Shown here: piece after piece, positions 17,005 to 25,707 of the stretch | Position numbering within the stretch: the stretch's first letter is position 1 | Layout: every line of letters begins with the position of its first letter | Notes under the pieces: model-generated | What the model was told of the DNA's origin: nothing | Seen by the model: only the letters and a program-made list of their open reading frames with translations | Databases searched by the model: none | NCBI GenBank assembly: GCA_044225365.1 | Contig: JBGAIQ010000031.1 | Span: forward strand, 1-60,254 | Reading direction: 5' to 3' | Length of the DNA: 60,254 nucleotides | DNA from: Planctomycetota bacterium | GTDB taxonomy: Bacteria; Planctomycetota; B15-G4; JADJEK01 | Made by a program: the position numbers and the translations under genes

Positions 17005-18996
17005 TCACAGGATGTCGAGGACTTCCCGCAGCGACGAGATCTGCGTGCGATAGTTGATTCCCACCGAGACCGCTGCGTTCCACGGCAGGTCGGTCTTCTC
17101 CGCGAGCAGGCCGAGCGCGACGCACCCGAACCCGCGAGCGATCGGCGAGCTTGCCTTGTCGTTGATGAGCGAGACGAGGGGATGGATCGAGCTCCCGTCG
17201 CCGATGAGGCCGATGGCACGTGCCAACGAGGAGATGACGGAGAGGGTCTTCGCGTTGGCGTCGAACTCGTGAACGAGGAGTTGCGTTGCACCGACATCGC
17301 CGAGGAGTCCGAGCGAAGTCGCGACCTGGAGTCGGAACTTCGGATCCGCACCGTCCTCGATGTACTTGCGGATCGTCTCCTTCGCGTCCGTTGCCTTGAG
17401 CAGGCCGAGCGCGATCGCGCAGAAGCCCTTCGTGCTCCTCTCCTTCGTCGTATCCATCACGTCGAGGATCTTGCTCTTGCTGTGCTGGCAACCGCTGATG
17501 CCGAGCGCGAGCGCATAGGCCGGGCCGAAGCTCGGATTGGTCTCCTTCTCGAACTTCTCCTCGAGAGCGATCTGGATCGCGGGGCGCTCGCGGGAGTTCT
17601 CGGGATACGCATGCGCGACGATGCCGAGTGCGAGGCCGGCCCAGGGTTCGTGAGCCTTCTGCTTCGCCTTCTCGAGCTCGCCCATCAGCGTCTTGGAGAT
17701 CCCGTTCACGATGGCGCGATCGGATTCGGTGAGCTCGTCGTTCGAGATGAGGATGCGTTCCGCGATGTCGGCGAGCGCGATGATCGCGAAGTGGCGCGCC
17801 TGGTCGTTCTGGCCGTCATGGATCTTGTCGGCGAGTCCTGCGATGACTTCGGAGTCGCGACTCTGCGCGAGCTTGCCGAGCGCGATGACGGCGGATTCCT
17901 CCACGCGATTGGTAGTCTTGCGCGACATGGCGAGCTTGAGGAGGGTGGGCACCGCTGCCTCCGCGCCGAGTCGTCCGATCGCCACGGGGATCTGACCCGC
18001 GGTGTCGGCGTCCAGTTTCTCGTCCTTCAATTCGTCGAGCAGGAAGCTGACGATGGACTCCTTCTCGTCGCGGAAGAGACCGAGGGCGACGATCGCCATC
18101 GCGCGGATCGACTTCTTCTCGGCACCGTTCTTGACGATCGCGTCCTTCAGGATCGGGATCGTGTCCGGCGAACCGATGTAGCCGAGCGCGAGTGCGGCGA
18201 ACGCGCGATGCAGGTCCTGAACGCTGCCGTTCACCTTGAGCGCCTTGCGGGCGCTCGCCGTGTCGTTGAGGATGTCGACGAGCACCGGTACGGAGTCCTG
18301 ACTTCCGAGTACGCCGAGAGCGATGATCGTCGACTGCTGCACCGAGTTGATCGGGCTGGCGAGGGCGCCTTTCAAGTCGTCGATGACGGTACCCGCAGCA
18401 TCCTTCTTGACGATGCGACCGAGCGCGAGCACCGCGGAGTCGACGATGTCCATTTCATTGGTGGAGAGCGCGCGCTTCAGTGCCGGGATCACCTGAGTAT
18501 TGACCTCGTCGGCCGAGGGGCGCGACGAATTGGATGCCGTGACCTTCAAGCCCTCGCCGCCGAGGAATCCGCTCGTTCCGGAGGCGGGCTGACCGGCTTC
18601 GGCGAGCCGTTCCCGCACGTTGACGAAGCGGTCCTTGTTGTACTCCCACCAGAACTGCCACGATTCGAAACCTTCGCCAGGCGCGTGTTTCTTGATGTTG
18701 CCACCGCCACCGGTCGATCCGCCCCGGCCGCCACCGCCGCCGGCGGGGCCACCCGGAGGCCCGCCGGGACCACCGCCCGGCGTCTGCGGACCGCCGCCCC
18801 CCGTGATCGGGCCACCGCCACCGCCGCCGGTCGTCGTCCCACCGCCGCCGCCGCCGGTCGTCGGTCCGCCCGGGTCGGGCGGGCCCTGCACGTCCCCCGG
18901 GCCGCGGTAGGTTCCGCCGTGGGCGAGTGCGTGGGGGCTGACGACGCAGATCGCTGCACTGGTGAGGAGGGAAGCAAGCACCCATTTTCGCAACAT
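17005..18996 (-). CDS. Exported HEAT-repeat protein with a Gly/Pro-rich linker
   Basis: Signal peptide then HGGTYRGPGD, poly-Gly linker, WQFWWEYNKD, and many ALG-type HEAT repeats. GGAGAG RBS. Confidence 0.9.
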   Translation of the reverse strand: MLRKWVLASLLTSAAICVVSPHALAHGGTYRGPGDVQGPPDPGGPTTGGGGGGTTTGGGGGGPITGGGGPQTPGGGPGGPPGGPAGGGGGRGGSTGGGGNIKKHAPGEGFESWQFWWEYNKDRFVNVRERLAEAGQPASGTSGFLGGEGLKVTASNSSRPSADEVNTQVIPALKRALSTNEMDIVDSAVLALGRIVKKDAAGTVIDDLKGALASPINSVQQSTIIALGVLGSQDSVPVLVDILNDTASARKALKVNGSVQDLHRAFAALALGYIGSPDTIPILKDAIVKNGAEKKSIRAMAIVALGLFRDEKESIVSFLLDELKDEKLDADTAGQIPVAIGRLGAEAAVPTLLKLAMSRKTTNRVEESAVIALGKLAQSRDSEVIAGLADKIHDGQNDQARHFAIIALADIAERILISNDELTESDRAIVNGISKTLMGELEKAKQKAHEPWAGLALGIVAHAYPENSRERPAIQIALEEKFEKETNPSFGPAYALALGISGCQHSKSKILDVMDTTKERSTKGFCAIALGLLKATDAKETIRKYIEDGADPKFRLQVATSLGLLGDVGATQLLVHEFDANAKTLSVISSLARAIGLIGDGSSIHPLVSLINDKASSPIARGFGCVALGLLAEKTDLPWNAAVSVGINYRTQISSLREVLDIL

Positions 18997-19658
18997 GTGA
19001 ACTCTCCTCGGCCGTCTCGCGGCCGTGTGTCACTCGGACAGGAATGAGAAGGTTCTGGGTTGCGGGACCCGAACGGAGAGGTGCTCGGCGGGAGCGAGTC
19101 CTTCTGGCCGAACCGACAAAGGCATGAAGCGTGCCACGTTCCTGGAGGCGGCAGGAATGGATCGGAGCGCACTGCGACGGGAAGCTGAATTCGAGCTCGA
19201 ATGGGCGATTCTCGAGGTCCTGGCCCGATCTCGCCGTGCTCATCGAGCCTCGCGGCGAAGCTCGACGATCGGGGGGCGGATCCGATCGAGGGCTCCGAGG
19301 TCGTAACGCGGTTACGCTCGCGTGACCGCGTCTTCCCGCGAGCGGTTCTACAAAACACCACCGCCTGAGGACCGCCCCGGACCGCTCGGAGCCGAACCCC
19401 TCCTCGTGGAAGACGAGGTGAACAGCGACTTTGGGCTGGATCGAAGAGGACGATGCGGGAACCTCGAATCCTCCGACGTCGTGGCACTCCGCGTGTGAAA
19501 GGAATCTCCACCTACGAGCCCCGGAGTCCAACATGCATTCCATCCAGCCATCCCCCCGTGCCCGTCACCCTGTTTCCCCTTCGACGATCCACCCTCCCCG
19601 ATCGTCGCGCCCGCGACCGACGCCGTTCCGCCCGAGCAGTCGCAGCTCGCCCACGCGG

Positions 19659-19949
19659 ATGTCCAAGGCGACCGTGAGCAAGGTCGACCGCGTCTTCCAC
19701 GCGGCGCAGGACCGACTCGCGCAGGTCGGCGAATCCATCGTCGACGCCGGCTCGCGTGCGAAGCGCGCGGTCCGACGGGGAGGTCGGAGCATTGCCCGCG
19801 AGGTCGAGGCGCAGCATCAGAATGCAGTCGACACGATCCAGGCCCGACCGATCACGTCGGTACTCGTCGGCTTCGGGATCGGGATCGCCTTCGGCGTCAT
19901 CCCGTTCTTCCTGCTGAGGCGCGCGCGTTCCGGCTTCTTCTCGAACTGA
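19659..19949 (+). CDS. DUF883/ElaB/YqjD-like small tail-anchored protein
   Basis: Helical N-part, then IQARPITSVLVGFGIG TM and an RR tail. Confidence 0.7.
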   Translation: MSKATVSKVDRVFHAAQDRLAQVGESIVDAGSRAKRAVRRGGRSIAREVEAQHQNAVDTIQARPITSVLVGFGIGIAFGVIPFFLLRRARSGFFSN

Positions 19950-20021
19950 TCCCCGAGACTCTCCGATCCGACGGCCTCATCGTGGGGCCGTCGACGACGG
20001 TCCTTCGCCACGAGGTGAATC

Positions 20022-20633
20022 GTGCTCTACGTCGGTGTCGGTCTCTTCCTCATCGCGTATGTCCTCATCCTCGTCCTTCCCACGTGGCGTCGTCGACGAG
20101 CCCACGACGCGAAGGAGGTTCCCGGTCGCGTCCCGCCCGCGATTCGTCCCGAACAACTCGAGGAACGGCTCGAGAGTCTGGTGCTGGAGCATCCCGAGGT
20201 CGTCGTGGAGGCGCACGGCGAGCGGGTGACCGTGAGCTGGAATCTCGACGAAGCGGCGATGCGAGCGCGGCCCTACGAGAAGGACCTGACGCCGACCTAC
20301 GCCCTCGAATTGCAGATCACGGGCGAGAGCATCGTCAACGTGCGCTACGCCGTCGGCACGATCCTGTGGGAGGTCTTGGACGGCGACGGCTCGCGGCCGG
20401 CGCCCTCGATCGACTGGCAATGGCCCCTCGAGCCCGTTCCTGGCCCCGAACTGGATGCGAACGACCTCGAGGCGCTGGACCCAGGGACCGCGCCCCGACG
20501 AAGTCTGCGCCACCTCGTACTCCTGACGCGGCAGGTGGTGCTCGATGCCGGGTACACCTGGCAACCGGTGATCGACATCGTTCCGGGTCGAGGCGCAACG
20601 CTCGAAGCGTCACGCGGCGTCGACTCGCGTTGA
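20022..20633 (+). CDS. Hypothetical protein with an N-terminal TM anchor
   Basis: Hydrophobic N-terminus followed by RRRR. Coding-like composition. Confidence 0.65.
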   Translation: MLYVGVGLFLIAYVLILVLPTWRRRRAHDAKEVPGRVPPAIRPEQLEERLESLVLEHPEVVVEAHGERVTVSWNLDEAAMRARPYEKDLTPTYALELQITGESIVNVRYAVGTILWEVLDGDGSRPAPSIDWQWPLEPVPGPELDANDLEALDPGTAPRRSLRHLVLLTRQVVLDAGYTWQPVIDIVPGRGATLEASRGVDSR

Positions 20634-20642
20634 GCCGCGCGC

Positions 20643-21908
20643 TCAATACATGCTCGTGAAGCGCCAGAGCATTCCGTCGAGCTCGGGGTCGCACGGGGAG
20701 CCGTCGCCCGCACCGAGATTCTTGAGCGCCGCGGCGATGCACTCGCGCACGTGATCGTTCGTCTCCCGGTCGAGCATCCCCTTCAGCTTCGCTTCCAGCG
20801 CGCGCTCGCGCGTCGTTCCGACCACCCAGACCGCGACCCCGCGGACGCTCGCGCTCGAGTCGGTGAGTCGAGTCTCGAGGATCTTCTTCGTCTCGGCGTC
20901 CGGCTTCAAGGAACGCAGGGCGCGCAGGCCCCCCGCAGCGATTCCCTGGTCCTTGTCCAGGCTCGCCTTCTTCACGAACGCCTGGACCTCTGCGCTCTTC
21001 GGATCGCACTCGGCGAGAGCGCGCGGTATGTCGCACGCGACCATCGTGACGAGTTTCTTCTTCGTCAGTTTGAGGAGCGCTGGCGTGGCGGCCGGTAGTC
21101 CGATGCGACCGAGTCCGAGTACAGCGCCGTGCAGCACCGTGGTGTTCGAGTCCGAGAGACGGGCGACGATCGGCGCGAGCGCGTCGTAGTTCCCCTTGCT
21201 CGCCAGTGCGTCGATCGCATCGCAACGCGTGTCATCCATCACCCTGGGATCGAGCAACGCGATGAGGGCGTCGCGCGCGCGGACGTCATCGAGCTGACCG
21301 AGTTCCGCGATGGCGGGTTTGCGCCGCTCGGCGTTGTGGTCCTTCGCCGCCGCGATGAGTTCGGCGATGTGCTCAGCGGTCGGAGCGCCGCCGCGAATCG
21401 AGTCACCGGCCGATTCCTGCGCGGCATCCGCCTTCACGTCGGCGCCCGTTCGCATGGCGTTGTGCGCCATCGTCATCATCTTCAGCAGCGTCGCCTTGTC
21501 GACCTCGTAGGCTCGTCGAACGAGCACCTTCTTGTCCGGGGTCGCGAGCACGTGTTGGGGCGCGATCACCTCTTCCTTGCCGATGAATGCCGCGCGCGCT
21601 TTCTTCTCGACCGTGCGATGGTCGTCGCAGGTGATCGTTCCGAAACGCGAACAGGGATCGGAGGAACCGGCGGGGGAGTGGGCGAAGGTGCTGGCCACGA
21701 GGCAGACGAAGTCCGCGCTGCGTTTCACGAACTCCGGGTCCTTGTAGATCTTGACGAGCGAGTCGTTCGCACTCTCTCCGTCCATGTTGAAACACACGAG
21801 GACCGGCACGTTCCGTTCCTTCGCTTTGGCGAAGGCGGCGTCGAAGTCCTTTTCCCAGACAACTCCATTGCCGAGCAAAGCAGCGGCGACGATCCATGCC
21901 CCGATCAT
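20643..21908 (-). CDS. Exported thioredoxin-like (no CxxC) plus HEAT-repeat protein
   Basis: Signal peptide, WEKDFDAAFAKAKERNVPVLVCF thioredoxin_7-like start, C-terminal HEAT repeats. Confidence 0.82.
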   Translation of the reverse strand: MIGAWIVAAALLGNGVVWEKDFDAAFAKAKERNVPVLVCFNMDGESANDSLVKIYKDPEFVKRSADFVCLVASTFAHSPAGSSDPCSRFGTITCDDHRTVEKKARAAFIGKEEVIAPQHVLATPDKKVLVRRAYEVDKATLLKMMTMAHNAMRTGADVKADAAQESAGDSIRGGAPTAEHIAELIAAAKDHNAERRKPAIAELGQLDDVRARDALIALLDPRVMDDTRCDAIDALASKGNYDALAPIVARLSDSNTTVLHGAVLGLGRIGLPAATPALLKLTKKKLVTMVACDIPRALAECDPKSAEVQAFVKKASLDKDQGIAAGGLRALRSLKPDAETKKILETRLTDSSASVRGVAVWVVGTTRERALEAKLKGMLDRETNDHVRECIAAALKNLGAGDGSPCDPELDGMLWRFTSMY

Positions 21909-22193
21909 GACCCTCTCTCCTTCCACCCAGAACCGATTTCGCCCATTCCTTTGGCCGTTGGTTTGGCCATTCGGCGGGCCGCAGCGCGCCCAGACGCGTG
22001 TTGCGGCGTTTCGGTCGCGTGGTACGGAGCGCGGAGCGCTTCTCTTCGAGGCAATTCCTCCGAAACTCACGTGCGACCCACGATCACGAGGAACGTCACG
22101 GGAGCGACGTTTCTTGTAACAAGGACGAAGTTCCCGTTCGGGAGGCGGGAAGGGACTACGAATGGCGGGCGATGGACGCTCGCGAGGTCCCCG

Positions 22194-24734
22194 TCACGGA
22201 CTCTCGAGACGAAGGCCGTTGCTCGCGGCGTATCCGAAGATCCCGTGAGGATCGACGATCCAGCTCTGCAGATGAAGCGCGGTGCCCGATGGCACGCCGG
22301 TCGGCCACGTGGCGGAGAGGACGAGGCGACCTCCTTGCGACGTGGTGAAGGGAATGAGGATCTGCGGATTCGGAACCAGGGTTCCGCCCACGAGGGCAAC
22401 GTCGATCTCGTTCGCGCCCAGGACGAGGAGCGACGGCGCGAAGGGAGCGGCGGAGGAGAGCGCGACGAGGATTGGGGTGTTGGGTTCGAGCCATCCCGCT
22501 GCGTGCAGTTTCGGGACGAGATGCACTCCCGCGAGACCGTGGCCGAGGTCGGCGAACAAATGCGCGTGTGAGCGACTGCGGAATACGACCACCGAATTCA
22601 CGTTGGGCGCGGCGTTCGTCACGGCGAGGTCGGCGTGGCCATCGCCGTCGAGATCTCCGACCGCGATCCCCGTCGTTGCACTCTGGGCTGCGAAGGAGTG
22701 GCGCTGTGCAAAGTTCTGCGTGCCGTCGTTGACGAGGAGTTCGGCGGCATTGCCCTGGGGATCGGAGAGAGCGAGGTCGCCGAAACCATCGCCGTCGAAG
22801 TCGGCGATGGCGATCGCGGGCGCGATGCTCGCGGTCGGCCAGTCGTGGGGTGCGGCGAATCCTCCGGTTCCGGTCGCGAGGAAGACGCGAACGACGGGCG
22901 AAGCCTTGTCGGCGACGGCGAGATCGGCGACGCCATCGCCATCGATGTCCGCGATGGCGAGCGGTCCAGGAACGCCGGCGACGGAAACGAGGAGCGGCGC
23001 GCCGAGCGTTCCGCTCGGAAGACCGGCCAGGACTTCGATCGCGGGGGGACTTTGGATGCTGACGATCACGTCCGGAAGGCCGTCGCCCGTGACGTCGCCG
23101 ACGGCGATACCCGCGGGGACGCCCGACAGGAGCGTGACGCTCGGAGGGAGGAACCCGCCGCCGCTCGCGTGACGTACGCACAGCGTGCTCGCCGGCGCCG
23201 AGATCGTGAGCAGGTCCGAGTGACCGTCGAGATCGAGATCCGCGACCTCGAGTGCAGTCGGCGCCCCGGTCATCGGCCAGGCGGTCGTCGATCCGAGATT
23301 GCCATGGCCGTCGCCCGGCAGGACGTTCACCGCGGCCGCGGTGCCGATGTACGCGACGTCGGCGCGGCCATCGCCCGTCAGCTCGGCGACTCTCGCACCC
23401 TTCGTCCCGATCCCGACCTTGTAGTACGAAGGGCTGGACACGACGCCGGCGCCGTCGTTGCGCAGCACCGTGATGCCGCCGAGTTCGTAGATGTCCTCGC
23501 CCGCGCTCGCGACCACGACCTCGTCGTGCCCGTCGCCCGTGAGGTCACCGAGTGCAACCGCGATCGGTTTGTGGAGAGTGCCCACGCGCTGCGCGGCGGC
23601 GAACGAGCGCGCGTCCAGGTTGAGGAGGACGTTGATGCCCGTCGTGTAGCTCGCGACGAGGAGGTCGACGGGGCCGTCGCCATTCACGTCGGCCGCCGTG
23701 ATTCCATAGTCGCCCGCGCCGGCGGGGTACGAGAGCGTCGAACTGAAGTTTCCACTCCCGTCCCCGAACGACACGAACGCGTTCGCCGAGAACAGTGCGA
23801 AACCGGCGTCCGACGCAGCGAGGTCGAGATGGCCGTCTCGATCGAGATCCGAGACGACGACTTCGGCGGGCGACCCGGCGGCGGGAAGGAGTGTCGGCGG
23901 GAGGAATCCGCCGTGTCCATCGCCGAGCATCACGCCGAGCGCGTGACTCGAGAGCACGGCGAGCGCGAGATCGACCTTGCCGTCCTGATCGAGATCGGCG
24001 GCGGCCGCCGTGAGCGGTCCATATCCGGCGGGCCAATGCGTCGGCGATTGAAAGGTCCCAAGAACGTTCATCGCGACCGAGACCTGATGCGAGAACTGAT
24101 CGACGGAAACGAGATCGAGATCCCCGTCGTTGTCGAGGTCGGCGAGCACGACGTCGGACGGGTGCTGGCCGACGGACCAAGACTGCCAGGCGGTGAACCC
24201 GCCTGCGCCATCGCCATGCAACACCGAGACGGTGTCGTTGCCGTAGTTCGCAACGGCGATGTCGATCTTGCCATCGGCGTTCAGGTCACCCGCGGCGATC
24301 TCCCGCGGAGTCGTTCCTACGGGATACGCCGTCCTTCCCAGGAATCCTCCGGTCCCATCCCCGAGGCGGACCGAGATCGTATCGGCATTGGAATCCGCGG
24401 TGAGGAGATCGAGGTGGCCATCGCCGTCCACGTCGGCGAGTTCGAGATCGGTCGTCCCCGCGCCCATCGGATACGTCGTTCCGGATCCGAACCCCCCGAG
24501 ACCGTCGCCGAAGTGAACGGCGACGGCTCCCGTCGTCGCGTTCGCCGCAACGAGATCGAGGTGGCCATCGCCATCGAGATCGGCCGTCGCGACGTCGCTC
24601 GCACCCATCGGCATCTTCACGGTAGGACTGTCGAGAAGTGGGATCTTCGTCGCTTGCGCCGTGGCGATCGGGAGCGATGAGAGCGCGGCGGCGAGGGTGA
24701 CATCGGCGGGGCGGAAGCGGAAGGTCGGAACCAT
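22194..24734 (-). CDS. Secreted FG-GAP/VCBS repeat protein (probably two propellers) with a C-terminal beta domain
   Basis: Over a dozen (A/G)D(L/V/F)DGDGxxDL repeats and a signal peptide ending ATAQA. Confidence 0.92.
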   Translation of the reverse strand: MVPTFRFRPADVTLAAALSSLPIATAQATKIPLLDSPTVKMPMGASDVATADLDGDGHLDLVAANATTGAVAVHFGDGLGGFGSGTTYPMGAGTTDLELADVDGDGHLDLLTADSNADTISVRLGDGTGGFLGRTAYPVGTTPREIAAGDLNADGKIDIAVANYGNDTVSVLHGDGAGGFTAWQSWSVGQHPSDVVLADLDNDGDLDLVSVDQFSHQVSVAMNVLGTFQSPTHWPAGYGPLTAAAADLDQDGKVDLALAVLSSHALGVMLGDGHGGFLPPTLLPAAGSPAEVVVSDLDRDGHLDLAASDAGFALFSANAFVSFGDGSGNFSSTLSYPAGAGDYGITAADVNGDGPVDLLVASYTTGINVLLNLDARSFAAAQRVGTLHKPIAVALGDLTGDGHDEVVVASAGEDIYELGGITVLRNDGAGVVSSPSYYKVGIGTKGARVAELTGDGRADVAYIGTAAAVNVLPGDGHGNLGSTTAWPMTGAPTALEVADLDLDGHSDLLTISAPASTLCVRHASGGGFLPPSVTLLSGVPAGIAVGDVTGDGLPDVIVSIQSPPAIEVLAGLPSGTLGAPLLVSVAGVPGPLAIADIDGDGVADLAVADKASPVVRVFLATGTGGFAAPHDWPTASIAPAIAIADFDGDGFGDLALSDPQGNAAELLVNDGTQNFAQRHSFAAQSATTGIAVGDLDGDGHADLAVTNAAPNVNSVVVFRSRSHAHLFADLGHGLAGVHLVPKLHAAGWLEPNTPILVALSSAAPFAPSLLVLGANEIDVALVGGTLVPNPQILIPFTTSQGGRLVLSATWPTGVPSGTALHLQSWIVDPHGIFGYAASNGLRLESP

Positions 24735-24927
24735 GAGTGAGCATTCCTGCACGGGAGGAAGGGGCCAACGGTCAGGAAGCAAGCGTTGCGCCGCGAACTC
24801 GTTCGCGCCCGCCCGGCCGCGGATTCCGACGGTTCGTTCACATTTCGTTGGCCCCGCAGCGCGGTTCGTTTCGCACATCGGGAGGTCGCGCATGGCTGCG
24901 ATCCACCCGGATCGCGAGGAGACTTCG

Positions 24928-25677
24928 ATGGACCACGGCTTCGATGACCCTTCGACCAAGCAACCTCTTGGTCACCACCGTTCGATCGGAAGGCGCCCCG
25001 TCCTCGTGGCGGCGGCGGCGGCGATACTCGGGCCGGCCGGGGGTGCGTTCGCTCGACCGCATGCGAGGAACGAGGACGGTCCGGACTCCGCGATCGATCT
25101 CGAGGCATTCGTCGCGGGCGCTCGGCCGCTCGCGACGCAGTGGATCGGCGACACCAGTCGGATAGGACAGGATCGCTATCTGCACGCGATCGCATCCTGG
25201 GCCGTGCGACTTCGCGACGTGCCGATTCCAGCGATGAGGGAGACGACGAAGGATTCGGCGGGAAAGACCTTCATCGGGGCGAACGAGGCCGATGCACCGT
25301 TCACGATCCTGCATTGGAAGATGGAACCGAATTCGCAGATCGCTCCGCATCCCCACCTCTACGGAAACGTGGTGACTCTGTGTCTCGAAGGAGAGGTGCG
25401 CATCGAGAACTACGAGATCGTGGGCGATCGTGATTTCGACCGGAAGGACGCGTTTCCCGTCCGGCGCGTGCTGGATCAAGTCCTGCTCGCCGGCGACGTG
25501 AACCTGGTCTCGCTGGAGCATGCGTACATCCACGGATTCCGAACGGGTGCGACCGGCGCCCGCGGGCTCGACATCACGACGCGCATCCGGGAGAAGCGTC
25601 CGACACCGACCCTTTTGGTCGGTGCGCCGCAAGGAGATCCTGCCGATCGGCGATTCCTTGGCCGCTGGCAGTCGTAG
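24928..25677 (+). CDS. Tat-exported cupin, thiol dioxygenase (PCO/ADO)-like
   Basis: GAGGAG RBS, GRRPVLVAAAAAILG...AFA Tat-like signal, HPH...H metal triad, LDI motif. Confidence 0.7.
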   Translation: MDHGFDDPSTKQPLGHHRSIGRRPVLVAAAAAILGPAGGAFARPHARNEDGPDSAIDLEAFVAGARPLATQWIGDTSRIGQDRYLHAIASWAVRLRDVPIPAMRETTKDSAGKTFIGANEADAPFTILHWKMEPNSQIAPHPHLYGNVVTLCLEGEVRIENYEIVGDRDFDRKDAFPVRRVLDQVLLAGDVNLVSLEHAYIHGFRTGATGARGLDITTRIREKRPTPTLLVGAPQGDPADRRFLGRWQS

Positions 25678-25707
25678 CGATCGACGCGCGATCGGTGGCG
25701 ATTCCGA

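Noticed and set aside
18700-18860. CCG/CCA microsatellite as a separate repeat element
   Set aside because: Explained by the poly-Gly linker of the HEAT protein on the minus strand.
16918-19047. 709-aa plus-strand ORF
   Set aside because: Antisense shadow of the HEAT gene. The same applies to 14539..16902, 22635..24680, 43975..45690, 45966..47711 and many other Arg-rich track ORFs.
19000-19650. ncRNA or riboswitch in the long divergent intergenic region
   Set aside because: Only short hairpins are present. I could not recognise a tRNA, riboswitch or other RNA motif. An Rfam scan would be needed.
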